From assembly GCA_016209945.1 (NCBI GenBank), contig JACQVD010000078.1, positions 1-48,340 on the forward strand: a DNA stretch of 48,340 nt, written 5' to 3'. The notes beneath the pieces were generated by a model. It had not been told where the DNA came from and did not search any database. It saw only the letters and a list, made by a program, of their open reading frames with translations. Of the stretch, positions 39,054-48,340 are shown one piece after another. Origin of the DNA: Gemmatimonadota bacterium. Its GTDB lineage: Bacteria > Gemmatimonadota > Gemmatimonadetes > Palauibacterales > KS3-K002. The first letter of the stretch is position 1; each line of letters begins with the position of its first letter. Position numbers and translations under genes: made by a program.

Positions 39054-41258
39054 GTGGCCGCCCACGACATCGACGCGTCCCTGCGGGCACCGGCGGAGCC
39101 CCTGCCCGCCGACCTGGTCGCTGCCCTCGAGCCGATCCGCGACCGGCTCGAGCTAGGGGTCCTCGCGCGCGCGCTCCGCTTCTCCCGCCAGGCCCACGAG
39201 GGTCAGCGACGCCGCTCCGGCGAAGACTACGTCCAGCACTGCATCGAGGTCGCCAAGATCCTGGCCGAGCTTCAGCTGGACACCGCCTCCATCGCGTCTG
39301 CGCTCCTGCACGATGTCCTGGAGGACACCGACGTCACCGTGGAGCACGTGCGGGCGGAGTTCGGTGACACCGTGGCGACGATCGTGGACGGGCTCACCAA
39401 GATCGGCAAGTTCCAGTTCAAGTCCACGACGGAGCAGCAGGCGGAGAACTACCGCAAGCTGCTGCTGTCGATGGCGCAGGATGCCCGCGTCATCATCATC
39501 AAGCTCGCCGACCGCGTGCACAACATGGGCACGCTCGAAGCGCTCCCCGAGACGAAGCGCCGCCGGATCGCCCTGGAGACCCAGGAGATCTACGCGCCGC
39601 TCGCCCACCGCCTCGGGATGGCGAAGATCCGGTGGGAGCTGGAAGACCTCGCCTTCAAGCACCTGGAGCCGGACGAGTACCGAAAGCTCGCCAAGAAGAT
39701 CCACGACAAGCGGAAGGAGCGCGAGGAGCTCATCGCCCGGCTCGTGGAGCCGCTCACGGAGGAGCTCCAGAAGGCCGGGATCCCCTGCGAGGTGGTTGGG
39801 CGACCGAAGCACCTCTGGTCCATCTACAAGAAGATGCAGAGGCGCGGAAAGCCGTATGAGGAGATCTACGACCTCATGGCGATCCGCGTGATCACGGAGA
39901 CCGTCCGCGACTGCTACCATGCGCTGGGCGTCATCCACAACAAGTGGACGCCGCTGACCGAACGCTTCCACGACTACATCGCGACCCCGAAGTCGAACAT
40001 GTACCGGTCGCTCCACACCACGATCTTCGGACCCGGCGGCCGGTTGTACGAGATGCAGATTCGCACCCGCGACATGCATCGGACGGCGGAGTACGGGATC
40101 GCCGCGCACTGGCGGTACAAGGAAGACGTGAGCGGCCCGCCCAGCGAGGTGGACGAGAAGCTGGCCTGGCTGCGCCAGGTGCTGGAGTGGCAGCAGGAGG
40201 CGAGCGAGCCCGAGGAGTTCATGGAGTTCCTCCGGATCGATCTCTGCCAGGACGAGATCTTCGTCTTCACGCCCAAGGGAGACGTGAAGCAGCTCCCGAG
40301 GGGGGCGACGCCGATCGATTTCGCGTTCGCGGTCCACACGGCGATCGGCGTCCACTGCGCGGGCGCGCGGGTGGACGGCCGGCTCGTGCCGCTTTCCAGG
40401 GAGCTCCAGAGCGGGGACACGGTGGAGATCCTCACGGACCCCAAGCAGACCCCGAGCCGCGACTGGTTGGGCTTCGTGAAGACGGCGCGCGCGCGGCAGA
40501 AGATCCGGCAGTGGATCGCGAAGCAGGAGTTCACCGCGGGCGTCGCGCTCGGGAAGGAGTTCCTGGAGCGCGAGCTGCGGCGCCGGCGGCGAAAGGCGAC
40601 GGAAGAGGAACTCCGGAACGCCGCCCTCGCCCTCTCCTACCCGGACGTGGACCACCTCTACGCGGCGCTCGGGCGCGGCGACGTGGGGCCGTCGCAGGTG
40701 CTGAAGCAGATCTGGCCCGAGGTGCCCATCGCCGACGAGGCGAAGCCGACGACCTTCGAGAGGATCGTGGACCGGCTCAAGGGCGGCCCGCGGGCGGTGC
40801 GGATCCAGGGGATGGACAATGTCATGGTCCGCTATTCCCAGTGCTGCCAGCCGGTTCCCGGCGATGACGTCATCGGCTACATCACGCGGGGACGCGGCGT
40901 CTCCATCCACCGGACGGACTGCCCCAACGTGTTGAGCCTCTCCGCGCATCCCGAGCGCCGCGTGGAGATCGACTGGCGGACACACCGGGGAGAGCGCTTT
41001 CTGGTTCGCATCGTCATGGAGGGGACGGACCGACGTGGCCTGCTCTCCGACATCGCCACGGCCATCACGCAGACCGGCACGAACATTCAATCCGCCGACA
41101 TCAAGGCCGTGGAGGGCGGGATGCGTGGCAACTTCGTCGTGGAGGTCGAGGACCTTGACCACCTGACGAAGGTCGTGAACGCCGTGCGGAAGGTGAAGGG
41201 GATGGTGAGCGTGGAGCGGCGCGAGAGCCTGGCAGAAAGCGATCTTTCCGCGGAATAG
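39054..41258 (+). CDS. relA: Bifunctional (p)ppGpp synthetase/hydrolase (RelA/SpoT homologue)
   Basis: HD domain (HCIEVAKIL...LLHDVLEDT). Synthetase motif YRSLHTTIFGPGGRLYEMQIRTRDMHRTAEYGIAAHWRYK. TGS and C-terminal ACT-like regions. GTG start. Confidence 0.95.
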   Translation: MAAHDIDASLRAPAEPLPADLVAALEPIRDRLELGVLARALRFSRQAHEGQRRRSGEDYVQHCIEVAKILAELQLDTASIASALLHDVLEDTDVTVEHVRAEFGDTVATIVDGLTKIGKFQFKSTTEQQAENYRKLLLSMAQDARVIIIKLADRVHNMGTLEALPETKRRRIALETQEIYAPLAHRLGMAKIRWELEDLAFKHLEPDEYRKLAKKIHDKRKEREELIARLVEPLTEELQKAGIPCEVVGRPKHLWSIYKKMQRRGKPYEEIYDLMAIRVITETVRDCYHALGVIHNKWTPLTERFHDYIATPKSNMYRSLHTTIFGPGGRLYEMQIRTRDMHRTAEYGIAAHWRYKEDVSGPPSEVDEKLAWLRQVLEWQQEASEPEEFMEFLRIDLCQDEIFVFTPKGDVKQLPRGATPIDFAFAVHTAIGVHCAGARVDGRLVPLSRELQSGDTVEILTDPKQTPSRDWLGFVKTARARQKIRQWIAKQEFTAGVALGKEFLERELRRRRRKATEEELRNAALALSYPDVDHLYAALGRGDVGPSQVLKQIWPEVPIADEAKPTTFERIVDRLKGGPRAVRIQGMDNVMVRYSQCCQPVPGDDVIGYITRGRGVSIHRTDCPNVLSLSAHPERRVEIDWRTHRGERFLVRIVMEGTDRRGLLSDIATAITQTGTNIQSADIKAVEGGMRGNFVVEVEDLDHLTKVVNAVRKVKGMVSVERRESLAESDLSAE

Positions 41259-41306
41259 GCCGGCGCCCGGCGGAGCCGGGGGACTCACGGAGGGACGCGA
41301 GAGCGC

Positions 41307-41762
41307 ATGGCGTCTCGGGAGGTCGTTCGAGCGGTGGTCGTGCCCGCGCATCCCCGGGCCGTGTTCGAGGCCTGGGTGGATCCCGAGCGGCTCACGCGCT
41401 GGTTCTGCGACCGGGCGGTCGTGGCGCCGCGCAAGGGGGGCGTGTACGCTCTCGAGTGGGGGCGCTGGGGCGGTCCGGAACACTACGTCACGGCTGGGGT
41501 CTTCGAGCGCTACGAGCCGGGCCACCGATTCTGGCTGTTCAACGTCTATGACTACCCTCCGGACGGGGATGTGTACGGCCCGATGGCCTGGGGCGTGGAG
41601 CTCGAATCGGTCGGCGGAAACGGCACCAGAGTCACGGTCCGACAAGGAGGGTTCGGCGAAGGCCCGTGGTGGGACCGCTACTACGACGGGTGCGCGGAGG
41701 GCTGGGAGAAGAGCCTGAGCCGGCTGGAGGCGTACCTCGCCGAGTGGCAGGGCGTTGTCTAG
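41307..41762 (+). CDS. SRPBCC / Aha1-domain (START-like) protein
   Basis: 151 aa. [21 protein letters not shown]... and the length are typical of the AHSA1/SRPBCC fold family. Confidence 0.7.
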   Translation: MASREVVRAVVVPAHPRAVFEAWVDPERLTRWFCDRAVVAPRKGGVYALEWGRWGGPEHYVTAGVFERYEPGHRFWLFNVYDYPPDGDVYGPMAWGVELESVGGNGTRVTVRQGGFGEGPWWDRYYDGCAEGWEKSLSRLEAYLAEWQGVV

Positions 41763-41781
41763 CCTCGAGGGCTTCCCGGCG

Positions 41782-43842
<2,061 letters not shown>

Positions 43843-43845
43843 CGG

Positions 43846-44310
43846 GTGCGTCGCGAGATCGGCCCCATGGACCTCACCGAAGCCGCTCTTGTTCGGTGGG
43901 GACGCGCGATCGGCGCACAGGCTTCTCCGCCGCTGTGGATCTCGCTGCACGGGCCGCTGGGAGCCGGGAAGAGTGTCTTCGCCCGGGCGGTGTGCGAGGG
44001 GGCTGGCGTAGGAGGTACCCTCCCATCTCCGGGATTCACCCTGTTAGGCGTGTACCGCTCGCCTCGGAGCTTTCCGGTCGTCCATGCCGATCTCTATCGC
44101 ATCGAGCGGCCCGACGAGTTGCACGGCCTGGGATGGCGTGAGCTGGAGGCGGCGGATGCCGTGGTATTGGTGGAGTGGGCGGATCGCGCGGGCGGGAGGC
44201 AGCCTCCGGACCGCTGGGACCTCACGCTGGAGCACGTGGCCGACCCCATGCTTCGCCGCGTCCGGGCCGTGGCCGTCGGCTCCGTGCGCGATCTGCCGGC
44301 GCCCGCATGA
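43846..44310 (+). CDS. tsaE: tRNA t6A37 biosynthesis ATPase TsaE (YjeE)
   Basis: LHGPLGAGKS P-loop, SPGFTLL, HADLYR motifs. ATG 43867 is an alternative start. Confidence 0.88.
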   Translation: MRREIGPMDLTEAALVRWGRAIGAQASPPLWISLHGPLGAGKSVFARAVCEGAGVGGTLPSPGFTLLGVYRSPRSFPVVHADLYRIERPDELHGLGWRELEAADAVVLVEWADRAGGRQPPDRWDLTLEHVADPMLRRVRAVAVGSVRDLPAPA

Positions 44311-44996
44311 CCGCACGGCTGGCACTGGACACCTCGACGCGGGTCGGTAGCGCGGCCGTGGGCCGCGGCGATCGGGCGCTCGCGGAAGTCAACCTCGACA
44401 TCGAGGGCATCCACTCGCAGGTCGTGATGCCGGCGGTGGACTTCGCCCTGACCGTCGCCGGTGTGGCGCCGCACGAGATTCGCGAGGTCGTCGTGGGAGC
44501 GGGTCCCGGCTCCTTCACGGGCGTGCGTACCGCGGTCTCGATCGCGAAGGGCTGGTGCACGGGGGCGGGCGCGACCCTCTACGGCTACCCCAGCCTGCTC
44601 GCGCTCGCGGCGAGCGTGTCGGCCGATGGGCAGCCGATCTGCGCGCTCCTCGACGCGCGGCGTGGTGAGGTGTACGCCGCCTGCTACGAGTTCCGCGGGG
44701 ATGAGGTGAGGGAGGTCCTGGCACCGGCGGCCTTCACCATCCCGGAACTGGTGGAGCGTTCGAAGGATCTGAAAAAGTCGGCGCGCTGGGTCGGCGACGG
44801 CGCAGGCGCCTATCGGACCCAGTTGGAAGAACTCGGAGTGCAGGTGGCTCCAGGGCCGCCGGCCTGGCCCCGGGCATCGGCGCTTCTGTGGCTGCGGGCA
44901 CGCTGGCCGGATCTCGGCCGGGTGCGCGACCCGAACACGTGGGAGCCCCTCTATGTGCGCGACGCAGGCGTACGACCCCGCCAGTTCGCTCAGTGA
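44307..44996 (+). CDS. tsaB: tRNA t6A37 biosynthesis protein TsaB (YeaZ)
   Basis: LALDTST...AV and GAGPGSFTGVRT motifs. ATGA overlap with tsaE. Confidence 0.9.
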   Translation: MTARLALDTSTRVGSAAVGRGDRALAEVNLDIEGIHSQVVMPAVDFALTVAGVAPHEIREVVVGAGPGSFTGVRTAVSIAKGWCTGAGATLYGYPSLLALAASVSADGQPICALLDARRGEVYAACYEFRGDEVREVLAPAAFTIPELVERSKDLKKSARWVGDGAGAYRTQLEELGVQVAPGPPAWPRASALLWLRARWPDLGRVRDPNTWEPLYVRDAGVRPRQFAQ

Positions 44997-45435
44997 CGCT
45001 GCGATCCGGCGGATGCAGCACAGCGACCTCGATCAGGTCTACGCGATCGAGAACGTCTCGTTCACGTGTCCGTGGACCCGCGAGAGCTTTCGCCGCCTCC
45101 TCCCCCGCAACGACGTGGACATGCTCGTCGCGGGCATGGCAGCCGGCGTGGCCGGGTACGCGATCGTGTGGTACGCCGCCGATGACGCGGAGCTCGGAAA
45201 CCTGGCCGTGGCGCCTGAGTGGCGGCGCCGCGGCGTCGGCGGGCACTTGCTCGACGCCGCGATCGGGCAGGCGCGGCTCCGCGGCGCACGGCGGCTCTTC
45301 CTGGAAGTGCGGGTCAGCAACGCGGCGGCGGAGGCGCTGTATCGCTCCCGCGGGTTCGTACCCGTCGGCATCCGGCCGCGCTACTATCAGCGACCCGTGG
45401 AGGACGCACAGTTGATGTGCTTCCACCTGAGATAG
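44953..45435 (+). CDS. rimI: Ribosomal-protein-alanine N-acetyltransferase (GNAT)
   Basis: IRRMQHSDLDQVYAIENVSF..PW....F and the acetyl-CoA motif RRRGVGGHLL. Canonical tsaE-tsaB-rimI order. Overlaps tsaB by 44 nt. Confidence 0.88.
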   Translation: MCATQAYDPASSLSDAAIRRMQHSDLDQVYAIENVSFTCPWTRESFRRLLPRNDVDMLVAGMAAGVAGYAIVWYAADDAELGNLAVAPEWRRRGVGGHLLDAAIGQARLRGARRLFLEVRVSNAAAEALYRSRGFVPVGIRPRYYQRPVEDAQLMCFHLR

Positions 45436-45498
45436 AGGGCGCGCGTCATCACGGGAACCGCGCGGGCCGCCGCACGACAGGCGTTTCACGGGTTTTCG

Positions 45499-45527
45499 TT
45501 GACAATGCTTTGACGCAAATCTATTAT
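45499..45527 (+). promoter_or_regulatory. Near-consensus sigma70 promoter of ssb: TTGACA-N17-TATTAT
   Basis: The hexamers were read directly (45499-45504 and 45522-45527) in an AT-rich patch 56 nt upstream of ATG 45583. Confidence 0.65.
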
Positions 45528-45582
45528 GGTCTGTGGCGTCAATTTGGCAGTTCGACGCCAACCTCGAGGGGAGGGTTTTTTC

Positions 45583-46044
45583 ATGTCCCGCAGCGTGAAC
45601 AAGGCGATCATCGTGGGCAACCTGGGTGCGGATCCGGACATTCGGACGACCCCGGGAGGGACCCGTGTGGCGACGCTCTCGGTGGCGACGAACCGGCGGT
45701 GGGCGGACCGCAGCGGCGCCACCCAGGAGAAGACGGAGTGGCATCGCGTGATCGCCTGGAACAACCTCGCAGAGATCGTGGAGAAGTACCTGCGGAAGGG
45801 CGACAGGGTGTACGTGGAGGGGCGGATCGAGTACCGTCAGTGGCAGGGTCAGGACGGGCAGACCCGCTACACGACGGAGATCATCGCCCGTGATCTCGTG
45901 ATGTTGGGCGGACGCGGCGACGTTGCCGCGGCGGAGCCGTATGCGGCGCGGGGCGCGCCGGCATCCACTGGTGGGGGTGAGGAACAATCCTATGAGGACT
46001 TCCCGGCTGAGGCGATCGAAGAGAACGACGATCTCCCGTTCTAG
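45583..46044 (+). CDS. ssb: Single-stranded DNA-binding protein
   Basis: MSRSVNKAIIVGNLGADPDIR, TEWHRVIAW, and the acidic tail ending DDLPF. ATG follows GAGGGGAGGG. The track ORF starts at 45526. Confidence 0.96.
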   Translation: MSRSVNKAIIVGNLGADPDIRTTPGGTRVATLSVATNRRWADRSGATQEKTEWHRVIAWNNLAEIVEKYLRKGDRVYVEGRIEYRQWQGQDGQTRYTTEIIARDLVMLGGRGDVAAAEPYAARGAPASTGGGEEQSYEDFPAEAIEENDDLPF

Positions 46045-47158
46045 CTTGCGATGTGCCCTCGGGGTGGCGACGGGTCTGCTCGGTCTGACCTTCCCGATCT
46101 CGCCCGCGCGAAGCCAGGAACCACAACAGAGACAGCCTGAACGCGTGCACGTCGTGAAACCCGGCGACACGCTGTGGGACCTGGCGCGCATGTACATCAA
46201 CGATCCGTTCCTGTGGCCCGAGCTCTACCGCCTCAACACGGCGGTGGTCGAGGATCCGCACTGGATCTACCCGGAAGAGGTTCTGCGGCTGCCGGCGCCA
46301 GCGGAGACGGTGGCGGTGGCGCCGGCCGAGGCACCGCCCGAGGCACCTGCCGCAGCCCCTGTGGTGCAGGAGCGCGCCGTCCAGGAAACGCTGACGATCT
46401 TCGCAGGGCGAACCGCCGCCGAGCGGGAGGGCCGTCTCGTCTATCAACCGGTGGCGGAGGTGCCGGCGACAGCGGTGTCGGAGGGCGATTTCCAGCGGAG
46501 CGGCTGGCTCGCACCGCTCGACGAACTGGAGCCGACGGGTCGCGTGCTCGAGCTCATCCAGCCGAGCGGGGTCCGCCTGGAACTGCCGCCCAGCGCCGGC
46601 GTGTACGACCGGTTTACCATGAGCTTCCCGGGCGATACGCCGGTCGTCGAGGGCGAGCGCTACCTGCTCTTCCGCGTGGGGGAGGAGGTTCATCCGTGGG
46701 GAGTGGTGGTGCGGCCCACCGGTCTCGCAACGGTGGTCGCGGTCGGTCGAGACGTCGCGACCGCCGTGCTCGTGGAGGCGTACGGGCGTGTCCTGGTGGG
46801 GGATTGGGCGGCGCGCGCGCAGCCGTTCGCCATGGAGCCCGGCGTCTTCCCGCAGGACGTGGAGACGGGTCCGCAGGGTCACGTGGTCGCCATGCTCGAC
46901 CCGCAGCCGCTCCCGTCGGGCGAGGACATCGTGTTCATCGATCTCGGGCGCCGCGACGGCGTCGCCGAAGGGGACGAGTTCGAGATCTACCTCGGAGAGC
47001 GGGAAGGTCGCGCCGGGTTGGCGTATCCGGAGGAGCAGATCGCGACCGGGCGTGTGGTCCGCACGACCGAGAGAACGGCCACGCTCCGGATCGTGACACA
47101 GCGCCATGCGGCTCTGAAGCGCGGCCTCCTGGTGCGGCTGATCCGAAAGATGCCGTAG
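45992..47158 (+). CDS. LysM-domain secreted protein
   Basis: Signal-like RCALGVATGLLGLTFPISPARS. LysM motif HVVKPGDTLWDLARMY....LWPELY..N. A Pro/Ala linker and a C-terminal domain of unknown type follow. The start is ambiguous: ATG 45992, TTG 46046, or the track start at 45923. Confidence 0.8.
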   Translation: MRTSRLRRSKRTTISRSSLRCALGVATGLLGLTFPISPARSQEPQQRQPERVHVVKPGDTLWDLARMYINDPFLWPELYRLNTAVVEDPHWIYPEEVLRLPAPAETVAVAPAEAPPEAPAAAPVVQERAVQETLTIFAGRTAAEREGRLVYQPVAEVPATAVSEGDFQRSGWLAPLDELEPTGRVLELIQPSGVRLELPPSAGVYDRFTMSFPGDTPVVEGERYLLFRVGEEVHPWGVVVRPTGLATVVAVGRDVATAVLVEAYGRVLVGDWAARAQPFAMEPGVFPQDVETGPQGHVVAMLDPQPLPSGEDIVFIDLGRRDGVAEGDEFEIYLGEREGRAGLAYPEEQIATGRVVRTTERTATLRIVTQRHAALKRGLLVRLIRKMP

Positions 47159-47183
47159 GCCGAGGCCCTGCACGTCCTTCGGA

Positions 47184-47218
47184 GGCGCCCTTCCCGGTGG
47201 GGAGGGCGCCTGTATATT
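47184..47218 (+). terminator. Rho-independent terminator after the LysM gene
   Basis: 12-bp stem GGCGCCCTTCCC / GGGGAGGGCGCC with one G-U pair and a 3-nt loop, followed by TGTATATT. Confidence 0.6.
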
Positions 47219-47227
47219 GGCCCGGCG

Positions 47228-48040
47228 ATGAGGATCGCGTACCTGGCGTCCCTGGCCGCGTATGTCGGGGCGAGCGGCCGGTACTGGGTGGGGTTCGCCC
47301 GCTCATGGCCGGGATCGCCCGTGTGGGGGGCTCCCTGGGTCCTGGTGGGCGTGGGGCTTCACGGGACGGCGACGGTTCTGTACACGAGGCACTTCGGCCA
47401 CCCGCCGCTCGTCGGCCTCGCTCCCTCGCTGGCCACGCTTTCGCTCCTGCTGGCGCTCGCGCTTGCCCTGCTCACAGCCCTGCGTGCCGGCGGTGCCGTC
47501 GGTCTTTTTCTCGCGCCGGTCGCGGCGCTACTCCTGGGTCTCGGTTCGGCGCTCGGGATCGAGCCCGCCGGTGAACCGCCGGCGTTCCGCGCTCCCTGGC
47601 TCCTCCTTCACATCGTTCTCAGTTTCATCGGGTACACGGGGCTCGTTGTAGCCGCCGCGGCGTCGCTCATGTACCTGCTTCAGTTCCGTCAGCTCAAGCG
47701 GAAGCGGTTCGGCGCGGTCTTTCAGTTCTTCCCCGACCTCGAGACGCTCGACCGCATCAACGGACGGGCTCTTCTGCTGGGTTTCGCCGCGCTGACGCTC
47801 GGGCTCCTCGTCGGGTGGGTGTGGAGCATGAGCTTCGGTCCGAGCGCGCGGTGGAACCCGGCGCAGGTCGTTTGGGGCGTGCTGACCTGGGTCATCTTCG
47901 TGGCGGCGCTGGGGGTGCGGGCGGGCCGGGGTTGGGCCGGTCGGAGGAGCGCCTGGTTGAGCGTTGTGGGCTTTGGGGCGGTCCTTCTGGCATACGTCGT
48001 GCTGAAGTTGAACGCACCGCAGGCACGTCTCTTCCTGTAG
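47228..48040 (+). CDS. Cytochrome c assembly family (CcsA-like, HemX/YpjD-type) integral membrane protein
   Basis: 270 aa with about 8 hydrophobic segments. It lies immediately upstream of hemA, as hemX-type genes often do. The family call rests on topology and context only. Confidence 0.55.
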   Translation: MRIAYLASLAAYVGASGRYWVGFARSWPGSPVWGAPWVLVGVGLHGTATVLYTRHFGHPPLVGLAPSLATLSLLLALALALLTALRAGGAVGLFLAPVAALLLGLGSALGIEPAGEPPAFRAPWLLLHIVLSFIGYTGLVVAAAASLMYLLQFRQLKRKRFGAVFQFFPDLETLDRINGRALLLGFAALTLGLLVGWVWSMSFGPSARWNPAQVVWGVLTWVIFVAALGVRAGRGWAGRRSAWLSVVGFGAVLLAYVVLKLNAPQARLFL

Positions 48041-48060
48041 ATCGAGGGGTCGCGACGAGG

Positions 48061-48340
48061 ATGGGCCTGGCACTGATCGGACTGAGCCACGTGACCGCAC
48101 CGATTGAGGTGCGGGAGCGGCTCACGTTCCGTGACCGCGACGTGCGCAGCGCCCTCGCAGCGGTCCTGGCGGACTGCGGGGTTTCGGAGGCCGCGCTCCT
48201 CTCCACGTGCAACCGCTCGGAGTTCTACGTGCATCTGAGCTCCGAGTCCGGGCTCGCGGAGGCGGTCCGGCTTCTCGAGGCGAAGGGGGGTGGGGGGGGT
48301 GGGGGGGGTGGGGAGCTTCCGCAGTCGGTCGTGTCCTACC
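48061..48340 (+). CDS. hemA: Glutamyl-tRNA reductase, 5' partial (runs off the window)
   Basis: MGLALIGLSHVTAPIEVRERLTF and LSTCNRSEFY (catalytic Cys) motifs. It contains an odd poly-Gly stretch encoded by the G-tract at 48285-48314. Confidence 0.88.
   Translation, partial: MGLALIGLSHVTAPIEVRERLTFRDRDVRSALAAVLADCGVSEAALLSTCNRSEFYVHLSSESGLAEAVRLLEAKGGGGGGGGGELPQSVVSY
48285..48314 (+). repeat. G-tract G6-T-G8-T-G8-T-G4 (canonical G-quadruplex-forming pattern, or a poly-G read artefact)
   Basis: Read directly from the sequence. A similar G-rich run (GGGGGGTGGGTGG) sits at 4-16 at the other end of the window. Confidence 0.9.

Noticed and set aside
45531-45550. An E. coli-type LexA box (CTG...CAG) in the ssb 5' region.
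   Set aside because: The spacing between CTG and CAG is 14 nt rather than 10, and the flanks do not match the consensus.
45992-46044. The 53-nt ssb/LysM-gene overlap as a special coupling feature.
   Set aside because: It more likely reflects start-site ambiguity. TTG 46046, just after the ssb stop, is an equally possible start.
48285-48314. The G-tract as a CRISPR-like or tandem-repeat array.
   Set aside because: The units are homopolymer runs separated by single T residues. There are no spacers and no repeat structure typical of CRISPR.

Overview
High-GC bacterial chromosomal segment, judged by eye because nothing was computed. It is almost entirely coding, with 63 of 64 supported CDS on the + strand; rpmB is the only gene on the - strand. 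All gene calls rest on conserved motifs I recognise in the supplied translations plus gene order; no searches were run.

Layout:
- 0.2-18.6 kb: an uninterrupted str/S10/spc/alpha ribosomal superoperon, rpsL-rpsG-fusA, then rpsJ through rplQ, including secY-adk-map-infA-rpmJ. There is no tuf between fusA and rpsJ. rpmJ was absent from the ORF track and was found by hand.
- 18.7-19.4 kb: a membrane-anchored hypothetical protein, convergent with rpmB.
- 19.5-34.9 kb: one tightly packed co-directional string. It runs cobA-hemD fusion, hemB, four nucleotide-sugar pathways (UDP-GlcNAc-type dehydrogenase, gmd-rmd, ugd-uxs), one GT2, two TPR proteins, bamD, nadD and a long (1111 aa) secA.
- 34.9-38.3 kb: the only clearly non-housekeeping block and my best candidate for an undescribed system. 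It starts with a 386-nt non-coding gap. Then come a strong-SD 71-aa Sec-signal Cys-rich mini-protein, a 10-bp stem-loop, an NHL-type beta-propeller lipoprotein, an ABC ATPase and a 6-TM permease. The permease is translationally coupled to radC.
- 39-48.3 kb: relA/spoT, an SRPBCC protein, uvrB, tsaE-tsaB-rimI, ssb (near-consensus promoter), a LysM protein, a HemX/CcsA-like membrane protein and the 5' end of hemA.

No rRNA, tRNA, CRISPR array or mobile element was seen. BamD indicates a diderm. The long SecA and the propeller type hint at the FCB group or Gemmatimonadota, but this is a low-certainty inference.

The many long antisense and shadow ORFs in the track are GC-driven artefacts.
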